64,000 nucleotides of DNA, taken from the human T2T-CHM13v2.0 reference genome, Homo sapiens. Location: NCBI RefSeq assembly GCF_009914755.1, contig NC_060927.1, one strand, 5' to 3'. The position numbers and the translations under genes were made by a program. The notes beneath the pieces were generated by a model. That model worked only from the letters and a program-made list of their open reading frames with translations, was not told the origin of the DNA and did not search any database. Below are positions 12,371 through 27,552 of the stretch, one piece after another. Numbering within the stretch: the first letter of the stretch is position 1; the number at the start of each line of letters is the position of its first letter.

Positions 12371-12372
<2 letters not shown>
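12115..12372 (+). mobile_element. Probable LTR 3' fragment (family uncertain)
   Basis: TATA-like tract, caataaagactc poly(A) motif and U5-like pyrimidine-rich sequence. Confidence 0.4.
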
Positions 12373-12711
<339 letters not shown>

Positions 12712-13009
12712 TAAAGTGGGAGATCATCAGAAAGGCTAAACACTTATCCAAAGGAGATAATGTTTCCAAAGGAGGTTGTTTCAAATGGGAGACATCATGA
12801 TGTTGGCAAGTTAAAGTTTGAGTTGGGATGTGGTGTGTGAAAAAATTTTCCATGCCACAGTTGGGAAGAAATATGGGCTTGCAAGAAGCCCATCATCCAG
12901 ATGTCAGGAGGCAGAATGAAAGCTGTAAACGGATTAACAAGAAATTGCTGCGTTTCCTTCCATTTGCATTTAAACATGGATGACTGTGACCATGTCTTTA
13001 GTCTGTTCA

Positions 13010-13300
13010 TGGCCTTCTTGAGGCACTTTCATATGTCTTATCTCATCTGATCCTCACACAACTGTGAGATGGAGTAGGCAGGTATTATTATTCCAGTTTT
13101 ATAGATGAGAAAGCCAACATTTGGAGAAGTGGTGGAACATGCGGGATAAGGGCATAAGCTATGGAGCCATTCTGCTAAATCTCAGCGCCACTACTTTCTA
13201 TCTATGCGACTTGCAATGCATTATTAAGTTCTGTGCTTCAACTTTCTCATCTGTAAAATGGGAATGATAACAGACTCTGTCTCTTAGGACTGCTACACAA
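13010..13300. mobile_element. Two MIR fragments in opposite orientation
   Basis: …ttttatagatgagaaa… and …tttctcatctgtaaaatgggaatgataa core motifs. Confidence 0.65.
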
Positions 13301-14115
13301 AGAGAAGTTATTATTGGGTATCAAGAAATTTTAGCTGAGATTATTTGGCTGATGTAACAGGGACTTCATGAGAAAGAACAAATTTGGAGTTTTCCAAGTT
13401 TCCTCGCCCACATTTTTATATTCTTGAGGTTTCTATGACCAAAAAAATGCTTATTAGTTAACAAGGGTATGCTTTTTTAGGGCAGCTAGGTTCCAAGATG
13501 TTCCCACGTTTATAAATGGAAGCCAAATTTTTATCAAATCCTATCACTCTTTCAAAGCCAGCTCAAATCTAATCTCTTTTCTTAGGCTTTTCTAGACTGC
13601 CCCACTCAGAACTAACTGGCCTCTCCTGTCTTCAAGGTTCTGAAGCAGTTAGAGTGTGAACCCCAGAATTTAACACATAACCAGGCTATACCCAGCATTG
13701 GGACCACCTTTACTCTGTGATAACTCCCACTCTCTCTTCCTCAGCAGACCCTATCTCCATGGGATCATCAGCAGGCCAGGAATTATGGGATTTCGTAGTT
13801 CATGTCAGTCTCCTGTGTTGCCTCCTATTTCCTGTTTCTAGTGAGAGAATTAAAACAGGAAACAGGAGGCAACATAGGATAATTGGTTACACCTTGCACA
13901 CACCTTGATAATTCTTGCTCCTGTCACTCAGGGTTTTTCATGGCAAGCAGCAGAAACTAACGCTGGCTGACTTAAACTGAAAAGTAATTCATTAAAAGGA
14001 GAAAGGAGTCATGTGCTGGGGCTGGCTTGTTACTGGCTCACAAGAGTCAATTGTGAAATTTTTAAGAATTCTGTGAGCTAGTTGTTAAACATGGCCATTA
14101 TCAAAAATTAAATTT

Positions 14116-14745
<630 letters not shown>

Positions 14746-15677
14746 GTAAACTTACAATTAAATAAATTATATCAAAATCAAAGATAATAAATGCTCGAAA
14801 CTCATCACTTCTTAAATATCTTTCTAGATTTTATTGGCATCTATACTGTCGAGGCTATGACATGTATTGTGTCTGTGTGGTGGAAATACCATATAGCAAT
14901 GTGCTGTTGTATTTTTCTTTCCAGCTTCATGTTGACTGACGTTACACTGGTAGCTTGAGCTCAGCAGTGGTGAGCATATTTATACCGCAGGAATCAGCAG
15001 ACACTTCAAGTCAAATGGTTTGTATTTGTTTTTATCCTCAAAGAAGCTACTGGCTGTTAAACATTTGCCCTGGCACACCAGTGGTATTGGGTAGCTCCCC
15101 AAGTCTCTAGAAGGGCTGAAGGACTGGGTTTAGATTCCTCAGTCAGGACCAAACTACAGTCAGATCAATACCCCAGGACCAGTTAACATAATTTGCAGGT
15201 CTATTGTTCAAATTTATTAAGAATTTTAAGACAGGAATAGCAGAGCATTAAACCAAGTGTGGAGCCCTTCTAAGTGCAGGGCAGTTGGGACTGTAGAGAC
15301 TACTGCCCATGAAGCCAGCCTTGCAATACCCAAGCCACACTGCAGACCAAAGACCCCCCTTCCATAGCTGCTAAGACTGCAGCCTCCACCTCAATTCCAT
15401 GTATACCCTTCACTGGACGCTGATTTGGAACCGCTGCTTCTCGCAAAGTCTCTGTTGCCAGGCTGGAGTGCAATGGCACCACCTTGGCTCATCCTTCTTT
15501 TACACACTATTTTTTAGCATCTGTTGATATGTCTACCTGAATTAATAATTACTATGATGGCTGCCACATTGTGACTTTTTAAACCCCAACACTCCTCTGG
15601 GTTTATTAGTTGGCATTCTGCTATGATTAAGAGCTTTCTGTCCTCTCTGTTTATTTATTCATTTGTTTATTTGATGC

Positions 15678-15890
15678 AAGGATAGGCAAACTATGATGCA
15701 TGGGCCAAATCTGGACTTCTGCCTGTTTTTGCAAATAAAGTTTTATTGGAACACAGCCACACACTCACCTATTGTCTGTGGCTGCTTTTGTGTTACAATG
15801 GCAGAGTTGAATAGTTGTGACAGAGGCTGTATGGCTTATCAAGACTAAAATATTTATTATCCAACCCTTTGTAGGAAAAGCCAAGTCCTG
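15678..15890 (+). mobile_element. MER58A-like hAT element inside an old antisense L1 fragment (~15500-16210)
   Basis: caaggataggcaaactatg…gggccaaatctgg…aaataaagttttattggaacacagcca. Confidence 0.75.
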
Positions 15891-16580
15891 ATTTGTATCA
15901 TGTGGACTTGTGGATTCTTATTTTGCCCCATTACTATCATTTATTATTTGTTTTGATGCTCAAATTGTTCTAGATTTGGCCACCGAAAGCCCCTTCAAGC
16001 TGGTTTCTGTGTCCCTTTGACAAATTTTCATCATTCTTTGAACTCATCCTTACTTTCTGATACAACAAGACGTTCTAGGTTTATCTTTTACTTTTCCTGC
16101 TTCTGCCATGAAATCAGCCATTTCTCCATGGAGCCCTAGTTCATTTTACTTGGGAAGGATATTTGGAAACCAATGTCAGGGCACAAGGTTGTCATTACCT
16201 TTGGGATGTTGCTGGAAGACACGAGAGAAGTCACTGTTACAGATCTAAAATTGGAAATCATTAGCATGTAGATGATCCATTAAGCTATGGGACCGGGTAA
16301 GATCACTCAGGGAGGAGATCAGAGAAAAGTGGGCCAGCCTAGAGCCAGGCTTTCCAATATTACAGGAAAATAGTTTGAGAAAAAGATATTTGCAATAATG
16401 AGTTTCAGGATTTTAGTATCAATATCTACAAAGAGCTTATATATGAAACAATTAAGACCCCCACTGATGAGTAAAGGGTCATATCAGCTCAGTCACATAA
16501 TTAAAATGGGAATTAGTAAATGAAAATGAGAAAGAATATTCAACCTCGTTCACGAAAGAAATGCAAATTAAAGCAAGATG

Positions 16581-16783
16581 CAGTAAATTCTCAATGTCCT
16601 TATAGGTCCTTGGAAACTGTGACTTTAAGCAAAGTGACATACGGCAGTCCTAGAATAACATTGTTTCCCTCAATGTGATTTGTTATAAAACTGATGAGGG
16701 AAAAAATTGTTTTATTATACATCATTTTGCTTAAGGTCATAGTTTCCTAGAACCTATCCATGACATTAAGTGAGGACTTACTA
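16581..16783. mobile_element. MER6-family (TcMar-Tigger) non-autonomous element
   Basis: Terminal inverted repeats cagtaaattctca… / …tgaggacttacta and internal inverted symmetry. Confidence 0.65.
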
Positions 16784-16860
16784 TATGGTTTTGGGTAATT
16801 ATCTTGGTTCTTTTTTTTTCAGCTTTTTAATTGGATAGTTTTCACATTTATAGAAAAGTG

Positions 16861-18170
16861 AGGTTTCGTTGTGTTGGCCGGGCTGGTCTCCAGCTCCTAA
16901 CCGCGAGTGATCCGCCAGCCTCGGCCTCCCGAGGTGCCAGGATTGCAGACGGAGTCTGGCTCACTCAGTGCTCAATGGTGCCCAGGCTGGAGTGCAGTGG
17001 CGTGATCTCGGCTCGCTACAACCTCCACCACCCAGCCGCCTGCCTTGGCCTCCCAAAGTGCCGAGATTGCAGCCTCTGCCCGGCCGCCACCCCGTCTGGG
17101 ACGTGAGGAGCCCCTCTGCCTGGCTGCCCAGTCTGGAAAGTGAGGAGCATCTCTGCCCGGCCTCCATCCCATCTAGGAAGTGAGAAGCGCCTCTTCCCGG
17201 CCGCCATCCCATCTAGGAAGTGAGGAGCGTCTCTGCCCAGCCGCCCATCGTCTGAGATGTGGGGAGCACCTCTGCCCCGCCGCCCCGTCTGGGATGTGAG
17301 GAGCGCCTCTACCCGGCCGCCCCGTCTGAGAAGTGAGGAGACCCTCCGCCTGGCAACCGCCCCATCTGAGAAGTGAGGAGCCCCTCCGCCCGGCAGCCAC
17401 CCCGTCTGGGAAGTGAGGAGCGTCTCCGCCCGGCAGCCGCCCCGTCCGGGAAGGAGGTGGGGGGGTCAGCCCCCCGCCCGGCCAGCCGCCCCGTCCGGGA
17501 GGGAGGTGGGGGATCAGACCCCCGCCCGGCCAGCCGCCCCGTCCGGGAGGGAGGTGGGGGGGTCAGCCCCCCGCCCAGCCAGCTGCCCCGCCCGGGAGGT
17601 GAGGGGCGCCTCTGCCCGGCCGCCCCTACTGGGAGGTGGGGAGCCCCTCTGCCCGGCCACCACCCCGTCTGGGAGGTGTGCCCAGCAGCTCATTGAGAAC
17701 GGGCCATGATGACCATGGCGGTTTTGTGGAATAGAAAGGGGGGAAAGGTGGGGAAAACATTGAGAAATCGGATGGTTGCCGTGTCTGTGTAGAAAGAGGT
17801 AGACATGGGAGTCTTTTCACTTTGTTCTGTACTAAGAAAAATTCTTATCCTGTTGATCTGTGACCTTACCCCCAACCCTGTGCTCTCTGAAACATGTGCT
17901 GTGTCCACTCAGGGTTAAATGGATTAAGGGCGGTGCAAGATGTGCTTTGTTAAACAGATGCTTGAAGGCAGCATGCTGGTTAAGAGTCATCACCACTCCC
18001 TAATCTCAAATACCCAGGGACACAAACACTGCGGAAGGCCGCAGGGTCCTCTGCCTAGGAAAACCAGAGACCTTTGTTCACTTGTTTATCTGCTGACCTT
18101 CCCTCCACTATTGTCCTATGACCCTGCCAAATCCCCCTCTGTGAGAAACACCCAAGAATGATCAATAAAA

Positions 18171-18205
<35 letters not shown>

Positions 18206-18228
18206 AAACACACACACACAAAAAAAAA
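16861..18228 (+). mobile_element. 5'-truncated SVA retrotransposon (Alu-like, VNTR, SINE-R, poly(A))
   Basis: Antisense Alu-like segment, GC-rich VNTR ~17080-17690, SINE-R ending gaatgatcaataaa, (taaa)n/(ca)n tail, TSD agaaaagtga/agacaagtga; no CCCTCT hexamer. Confidence 0.97.
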
Positions 18229-18267
18229 GACAAGTGAACAGAAGAGAGTGGTGAGCACCTGTATACA

Positions 18268-18600
18268 TGTCTTAGTTTGTTTTGTGAAGCTATAACAGAA
18301 TTCATAAGACAGGGTAATTTATAATAAACAGAAATTTATTGAACCGCAGTTCAGGAGGCTGGGAAATCCAATATCAAAATTCTGGCACCTCGAAAATCTT
18401 GCAGCCTCATAACATGGTGGAAGGGCAGAAAGAGGGAGAGGGGAGAGAGAGACAAAAGGGGGCCGAACACATCCTTTTATAAAGGACACACTCCCAAGGT
18501 AAAGGCATTAATACATTGATGATGGCAGAGCACCTCATGGCCTAACCACTTCTCAAATATCCCACTGTTACAGCGGCAATTAAATTTCCACTTTGGTTTG
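18268..18600 (-). mobile_element. MaLR LTR (MLT1A/MST-like)
   Basis: tgtcttagtttgttttgtgaagctataacagaa…ggtaatttataataaacagaaatttatt. Confidence 0.7.
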
Positions 18601-21332
18601 ACCAAATTTTCTTCACGCAACAGTTCTTACTCCAGTAATAGAATACAGCTTATTTTGTCATATTTTGCAATTAAAATTTTAACATTGTTTAAGAGTATAC
18701 AGCAATGTCTAGGAACTTATCCAACCAAAACACTTGGTCAAGCCTGCAAATAAATATGAACAAAAATATTTATTTTACTCCTTTTTATGATATTGAAATA
18801 TTGGAAACAACCCAAATATTCTTTAGTAAGATTCCAATTAATGTGTGTTACTTCCATACAATACTGTGCAGCTTTTAACAAGAATGAGATACATTTAAAG
18901 ATGAGGAAAAAGTCTCATATGTAGTATTAAGTGTAAAAGTAAGATGCCAAACTTTGTGTCTACTCTAATTCCCACTTTAGAAAATGAATGCATATCTTAG
19001 TATATGTATAGAAAGAAATCCAGAGAAATAATCCACAAACTGTTAACAGTAGTTATGAGAAAGGAATAATAGGTGACTTTGAATTCCTAAATTATACATC
19101 TCTGGATTGTTTGAATTATTTACAAGCACTTATTCACTTCTATATCAGAAGAAAACAATATATTGTTTAAGTCGGCAGAAGGAGCAAAGCCTGTCAGACG
19201 CGGAGCAGGATGCAGATTGAATGTGGCTCGGCTCCCCTAGCCTGTTAACTGCTGCCTCATTTCCTGGCAGTAGAGTTTTAGGACTGGCTGACTCTTGATG
19301 CGTCCTCCTGCCAACAGGACGTTGGCAAGCAAGGACATTAAAAATCTTCCTTGAGATAATCCTAACAAAACCCTAAAAGGGATTACAACTTGGAAATATG
19401 GCCAAAGGGAAAGATCCGTAAAAAACATTCATCCCCCAAATCTCTATCCATGGAAGGAAATGTAGCCATTAAGCCAGTGAAAGGAGTTAGGATCATTATG
19501 CAATCACACTGGTTTGGCTGCAGAGAAAATGAGAGGCGTTAAGTGTAATTCATCTTTAGAGAACTCCCTTCCCATCCGGCCTCAGGACCTACATAGCCAT
19601 AAAAGCGACAGAGATAAGATAAATAATCACTAGGATGGCTGACACTTTTACAGTGATCCATAAATTTTAGTCGCTTACACGCATTTTAAACCACATTGCA
19701 TGTCTGCTCCTTCCAAAAACTCTGGGATGCCAGTTTTTCAGATGAGGAGGACATTGGTAAGTCACACAGCAGGACCAGACACAGGGTTTCTCACAGCCAC
19801 TAGCAAACAGGACTGCTTTTGACATCATCCTGGAATTAACTGGAATAATAATGAAGACAATCTATTTTTAAGCAAATGTATCTCTTCCTGAAAAGCTAGA
19901 TAAACAATATATCCATTAAAGAAAAAGACTGATATTAGGTGAACAATGCAGAAAATGCAAGGGAAACTGAGGCACAAATAAAGCCATAGGTGAAGGGAAG
20001 CATTTGCCAGACCATCTTCTCCTGGATCTCAGGGAGTGGTGCAGAGTAGATTCAAGTGTGGTGACAATGCTCTGGAAGGTCTCCATCGTATGGGCACATG
20101 GGATGGTTTTATCTCCAAACCAGCTCATGTTAGCCTTGGCACCACCAAAGTGGGCCTGACGTGCAGAGTTGAGAGTGGGGCCTCTGGGAAAGGCAATCTC
20201 CCCATCTCATTTTGGAGGGCTATATTTTCCTTCCCTGGAAGTCTCAGAGAAAATGACCTGCATGGCACCATTTTTGTGAAATTATATTATGTCCTGAGAC
20301 TTGCCACAAACAACTCCTCAAACCAAGTCCAAATAGCAAAATTCTCCAATTTTTTTTAATGCAGCAAAGCTGAATATCATCTTCTTACATACATCTCCTC
20401 TATTTGCTGAAGGTAACTTTGCTTTGTTTATTTTTTATGGGAAGTTCACTATTGTCTAAACACTAGAGTGTCACTTGAAGTTGGCTGCAGAGTAGTTTAC
20501 TTTTGGGTGATCATATGCAACATCCAAATGTTTATCAGCACAGGGTCAAATTTACTTAAGTTAAGCTATGGCATTCCATTCTGTTTTTCTCATCTGGTTA
20601 AAAAATAATTCAGAGGATTTTTTTCAAACTTAAAGAAATTATGGATAATCCCTTTTTTCTATTTTTACTTGTAATGCATTTGTACTTCAATAAGTCTTAG
20701 AGTATCAATTTATTCTTTCCTTTTAAAATATGTGCAGATATATGTACAAGGATTTTGCCCTTGTTGGTAACAGCAGAATATTGCTCATAAGTAGGGAACT
20801 GGTTAAACAAATTGTTATATGTCCAAATATGAAATAAGTTGATGTAGAACTACCTCCAAGATATATTGTTAAATTAAAAAAAAGTGGAATAGCAAGTATA
20901 TTATGCTACCCTTTGTATTTTGTTTTTAAAAGAATAGATATATAAATGCTTATATATGCAAAAAATTCTAAAAGCATAGACACACCGGATTGGTTAGAGT
21001 ATGTTCTTGGAAGGAAGTGAGATGGGTGACGTGAGTGTTTGCCCTGCTAGAGAGACTAACTTTTCATTATATATTCTTCAATATTGTTGGAGTGTTTACC
21101 ATTTATATTATTATCCTTTGAATTTTTTCATGTTTTACACCCTTTGGTATGTTTGGTAAACCTAGCTCAGCTAAAAAGTTTAAAAATGCAATTCAAATAC
21201 TCTAACAATTTTTGTTCAAATACAATAGTAATGGCATATAATTACAACTTTGTTTAATTCATAAAACTTTGGTCAGAGTTGTAATTATATGCTATTATAA
21301 TTATATAATAATAAAGTTATTCTAAGATTTCA

Positions 21333-21655
<323 letters not shown>

Positions 21656-24600
21656 CTATTATAAAGGGTGATGAATAACATTTGTAACATTTGGTACATA
21701 CTCATATGCAAAATAACTAAGATGGAGTTTTGCAGGGGCAGTTCACTCTTGGATAAAAATGAAACTGAGTTCAACTGCAAAAAGCAATAACATCTCTCTA
21801 TATTGGACATTTGTCACTTACTCATCATTGGATCATTCAGGTTGAATTGGACTTGACTTATGGTGATCAATTGTGTCCTTTTGTATTACAGGACCAAATT
21901 CATTATCAGATCCTTGGGGACTAAGTTTAACATTAAATTTGTTTGCAGCAGTAGACGAATTTATAATCTGCCTGTCAGTTCATTCCACTGCCTAGTCATT
22001 CTTCTGCCCATACAATTAATTTAGCTAAAGAAACGGTAATAAATATATCTTAAAATTGTGATGGAGTGTTATCGTTTACAAAACACTCTTACATATTTTA
22101 TGCATTAGACCCTCTTAGCAACATTGCTGGGGAGGCTAGACAGACAGTATTGTCTGCTTTGCAGATGGCCACAGTTAGCTGTTCACCTAATCAGGAAGTG
22201 GAGAGCTAAGATTAGAAGCTGGGTTCTTACCATCCCATTCTACTACTTATACATATTTTACAGTATTTATGTGAGAGTTCAGAAAAGGATGTGTTTGTAT
22301 AAAAAATCTATTGTGTTAAATTAAAATATAAGGACAATATGCCAACTCCCTAATTTCTGTTTTTTCTGAGTAGAATTCACATGACATTGTTTCATTTGCA
22401 GTTTGAACCTACCTTGACAACTATATCTAAACTCACATGAGTAGCCAAAGAGTGTTCTTCTGTGATGGGGAACCATTCATTTTCATAGTCTCATTTATGA
22501 CTCATGGATTTGTGTGGGTGTTGAAAAGAAAAATCCAAAGAAATAGGAACAGGAAAAGATTTCTTTCTACATTTAAATATAAATAATAGAAAGAGGCTGA
22601 GCTAAGTTATAAATAACAGTGAAGTGAAATGTTCTCTGGAAAATCCATGGCAATAGCATTACTGCTGCCTGAGAAATGTCACTAGTTAAAATTCTGGTCT
22701 GAAAAAACTTGTTCATTGTAAAATAAATGCTTTTTTATTATTATTATTATATCAGATCGTTGTCCTGAATTTTCCCAGGCCAACAAATGTAATCATTGGT
22801 TTCATACATTTCAGTGATTCAGGATGTATGGTTTAAAAATGTATCATATTAGGAAGAGCAACTCAGACTATCATTTGGTGTGTGGTTCTGGATTGATGCA
22901 GATTTTCACTATTTTTTGCAGCAAGTGTGAAGTCATGTTTATTATTTTGCACATTAACCAGTTCTTGTCATGACAAGGAAAATAGTATTAGATTAAAACT
23001 ATCATCATGATTATTCTTATACACATATGCTAATAAAGACATTAAATGGCATACACAAGACTAGAATCTGGGAACTTTGACAGTAGCCAAGGTGTTGATG
23101 AGATTTTGTTAGAGCATTTTCCAAAATTTAGTGAAGTTCAGTAATTTAGATTGTTTTGGGACATTATCCAGCTTGTTAGCAGAAGAAATAACCTAATCTG
23201 GGAAGGGAAAATATCACAAGAAATCTTGTATAAGAACTGAAGTAAATGCCTTTCTTCATAACTTAAAAGGAAATACTTGCTCACAGCAGAATATTTCTCA
23301 TCTCTTTTGTTTGGTTCCAACTTGCAGAGTCATCTGGCTTCTAAAATGGTTTCAGAGCCAGAGATGGTAAGTTTCCAAGCCAGAAAGAAACTCCCCTTAT
23401 CTTTAAATACATGCCTTTTCAGAATGTGAACCTCAAAAGCCAATTGCATAATTGTGTTTCAAATTTTTAAAAGTTTCCGTCCGATATATTTAGCAAGGCT
23501 TAAGCATCCATTTGATGACTCCACATGAATTATTGTAACAGTCATGTAATCATGCACAGTGTTCATAAATAACTCCATCTCTTCCTACAGACGCTCTGAG
23601 AATGCTAGAGATCCCATGTCCATAGGAGACTGTTGGTTGCAGGGAAGGAGGTAAAGGACAGCTGAGGGGGACCCTTTAAAGTGTGAATGGTCTTCGTGGT
23701 TTTTTTTTCTATTCTTTGAGATTGATTCAGCTAACCTAAGCTAAAGGAAAACTAATTACCTTGTGTTTGCAGTAATGCAGAGTTTACCTAGTATTCTGAA
23801 ATGTTAACCAACTTCTAAGATTAACATTTGTCAGCCTGTTATTGAAAATTGTCCAAAATATCTATGTGGATCATAGTCTGTGGCTATTATCCTGGGTGAT
23901 GGGTTATAGAGAACAGGGCTACTCCATGGAAATGTTAGCAATGAAAAAAAAAAAAACAGTAAGCAAATATATATTATTAGAGCCACAACATGCAATAGTG
24001 CAGAGGTACAAGTACGCAAGCATAAAAGAGCATGCTGTTACTAAAGGCCAGCTAACACAGGAGATCAGAAATCCAGATAGCTAATCTACAGTTTAAAGGA
24101 AAGTCAAGCAAGCACTCACAGGTCTGAAAGCCAGACAACAGGTACATATGAGCAGAGGCCCATGTGAATAGAGCAGGGACTACAGATCAGATGCTGAGGC
24201 AAAATTTCATGTATGCTCTCCACTAAGATGGGAAATCTCCCACTCAGAGTGTGCAGTCTTTTAATTGCCATGTAGACTTATGTTCACCTAAATTAATTTT
24301 GCAACCAGGATAAATTGAGTTATGCATTATGGCTCTTCCCCCATGACTTCCCAAGCTCAGTTCTCATCTTTGGCTAGTAGCAAATGGACAAATTTACACA
24401 AGTGTTGGGACAGCTGATAGGTGTTTAAAAGTCAGGAGATAAGCAGTCCACTCATGCCTCAGAGGTGGAACCAAGGTGCCTGAGTGCTTGGCTTGCATGA
24501 ACCTGAGGAGGTTGCTATAGAAATGTTATCACATTGCTGGGATCATTGGAGTACCTAATGGAACTTGAATCTCAAAGTCCACAGGAAGTATGATTAGAAA

Positions 24601-26851
24601 GGACTTTTCTTGGCTGCTGCATGTTGACAAGGCAGCTACTTAATGCATCTGATTGCATGTGGCTAGCTACCTCTGAGAACCTGGGTAGGGAGGCAGACCA
24701 TGTCACAAGGATCCTAGTGATTTCTCATTAACAAGGAGGGGTCTGGAGCCACTAAGACTGAATACAAGGGGAAGGGTAGGGAGTGCTTACAGGCACAGAT
24801 CTTAGTCTCTATATAGGGGCAATACTATTGTTTTCATTGATTTCCTTGGGCCTGTGGTTAGAGCAGGGCCTACCCTACAGATTTCAGGTTAAGAAATGTT
24901 GAGCACAAAGGAAAGATCAGAGGTTATTAGAGGTGAAAATAAATAGGGAAGGAGTTGGGGCCAGGGGAGAAAGGACAAATCCGGCATGCAGAAATCCAAA
25001 ACATGGAGGAGCTTCCCAGATCCAGGTAGTAGGATAGCTTGAATATCAAATTTCAGGCAGGCAAAGGGCAGGCAGAGAGAGACAGATGTGTCAAGATAGT
25101 TCTGAGATGGAGCCATGTGTCTGACCCGATTGTCTTATCCCAAAACTCCTTGGTTATTCCTTGCCAAAGAACTATTGCTTCAGCATGAAGAAAGAGCTAT
25201 ACTTCACCGACAAGGTGGATTTTCATAATGTGTACCTATTGAAGGTAAAATGTGCAGTTACCCAAGGAAAAGCATGAAACAAAAGGAAAAACAAACATGT
25301 CTACATCCATTTCAATCAGGGTCCATAGGAGTTAGAGCTAAAAAGAGATTCTGAAAGTTTTATAATCCAGCCTTTCATTTTACAGAGTGCAACTGAGGTC
25401 CTGGGAGGCCAAGTGACTTGTCTGAGTACACACAGTGAGTGACAGTGGTAGGAATGGAACTTGCCCCACCTGACATTCTGGCCAATGTTCTTTCCATTGC
25501 CCAGGCTTTCAATATTCACAGAATGTTGTGATTAAGGAATATGTCTCCAGAGCTTCCTCAAGCAGAGTAGCATAAATTCAAAATCCCAGAGAAGAGACAA
25601 AGGGGAACACCTCTGAACACTAAGAAGTTGAATGAAAAGGACAAGTAGTAGAAATTTAGCAAAGACCATTTATGTGTGCCCATGCAAAGGCAGATGCGTG
25701 ATCTGGGATGTATCCAGAAAACCTTTAGCCGAAAGTAACAGAAATCCCAAGTTCTGGGAACTGAAATGAATAGGGGGTTATTTTTCTCACCTACCAAGAT
25801 GTCTGGAGATAGGCAGCTGCTGGCAGTGGTTAGGCAGCTGCTGGCAGTGGTTTGGCAGCTTCAGAGGTTGCATCTCTGTGATTCTCAGAAGCTTCCTCCT
25901 GGTCACAAGATGGCTGCCATAGCCGCTAACACACATCTAGACAGGAATCGTGTTACATGGCCACTGTTAATTGCAAGAAAGGCTAAGAAAGTAAACATTT
26001 AGGCTTGGGTGTTGGGTAAGGCAGTGCCTAAAGGTGGGATGGTAGGTGTCCCAGTGCTCCACCACTCCCATCCCCAAGGCAGACATTACTAATCAACCAG
26101 GACACTCCTATCACTAAGCTTGAACTTGGCCTTGAACTCTTCCCAACAGAGTTTTCCAAGCAAGTACTACCAATTAATCAAAACTGGCTCATGAGATGAA
26201 ACCTATTTGCTCTCCCTGATGCTTTCATAGTAGCTTTGTGGTATGACAAGAAAAGCTCTTTTAACAAAGATGATAATAATAGAGTTTAAATAACCAAATC
26301 ACAGACACACAGAAAGAGCTGGGTTTGGTCTTCAGTCTTAATTCTTCATTTTACAGCTGAGGAAACTGAAGCCCAGAGTGGCTAGGGGTCTTAATCTTGG
26401 TAACACAGCCAGCTAGTTGAATGTGGTCCCTTTCAAGGTAGTTATGTTCAGAGGCTTTATACTCATTCTGATGTTGCTGACACTACTCAAAACATTTCTG
26501 AAGCTCCTCTTAGAATGTCTTTCATTTAGTTAATGAGCTGCTACACAAGAAAATTTAGCCCCTCTATTTTGTAGAGGCCTCTGTCTCCTCCCCACCCCTA
26601 TCCCCACCAAACGATACTGTACAGCTCAAGCACTTATTTATTTAATCATCAAAAATTTATTGAGCATGAGGATGCCAGATCCAGGGTATGACTTGGCTCC
26701 AGATGACTCTGGGTTGTTTTGGAAAGTCAAATCCACTCTTGAACGCTTACATTCTCCTGACTACCTCCCCACCTTCCCCTTCCCATCCGCCATCATGCTA
26801 AGGCTGGTTCATGAAAAAAGCTGCCTGCTCTAGGCAATTGTTATAGAGTCA

Positions 26852-27058
26852 ACACTGTCCAGTAGAACTTTTTGTGATGATGTAAATGTTCTATAATCTA
26901 TGCCACCTAATACAGCATGTACTAGACACATGTAGCTATTTAGCACTTGAAATGTGGCTAGTGTGACTGAAAACTGACTTTTTAATTTTATTTCATTTTA
27001 GCTATTTAAATTTAAATAGCCGCACATGGCTACTGGCTACCTCATTGAACAGCACAGC
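26852..27058. mobile_element. MER3-like hAT-Charlie element
   Basis: ctgtccagtagaactttttgtgatgatg…agcacttgaaatgtggctagtgtgactga. Confidence 0.75.
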
Positions 27059-27371
27059 ATAATACAAGACCCTTCCTCCATTTCCTCTCAAACTAATTCT
27101 TTATCTCCCAAATGCCTGACTCAGTCACAACTTCTGTATCTAGTTCTCCTCCCTTCTCTGGAACCTCCATGTGGTTGCTTGGACCTCATTTCTTCTCTGG
27201 CTGAACTTCACTTTCTAGTTTTGGCAACTCCATGATTCATAGGGAGAAGCTCTATTCTCTAACCCCAGCCCCATGTACCTTAATGGATGGCCCATCCTGG
27301 TCACCACACCCAAAGGGGCCAGAGAGATTCAAACATTTGCTGTCCCACTTGGGGACACTCAAAATAATGTC

Positions 27372-27552
27372 CTGCTGGGTGCAGTGGCACATACCTGTAG
27401 TCCCAGCTACTCCGGACATTGAGATGGGAGGATTGCTTGAGCCCAGGAGTTTGAGGCTGTAGTGCACTATGATCATGCCTGTGAATAGCCGCTACATTCC
27501 AGCCTGGACAATATGTCTGAGACTTCATTTCCTTAAAATAAAAATAAAAAAT
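27372..27552 (+). mobile_element. Alu monomer (FRAM/FAM-like)
   Basis: Single arm with A-rich tail. Confidence 0.8.

Noticed and set aside
16831-18258. Cluster of GC-rich ORFs
   Set aside because: All lie within SVA Alu-like, VNTR or SINE-R sequence.
25810-25860. Tandem duplication of ggcagctgctggcagtggtt
   Set aside because: Simple local duplication inside a degenerate MaLR fragment.
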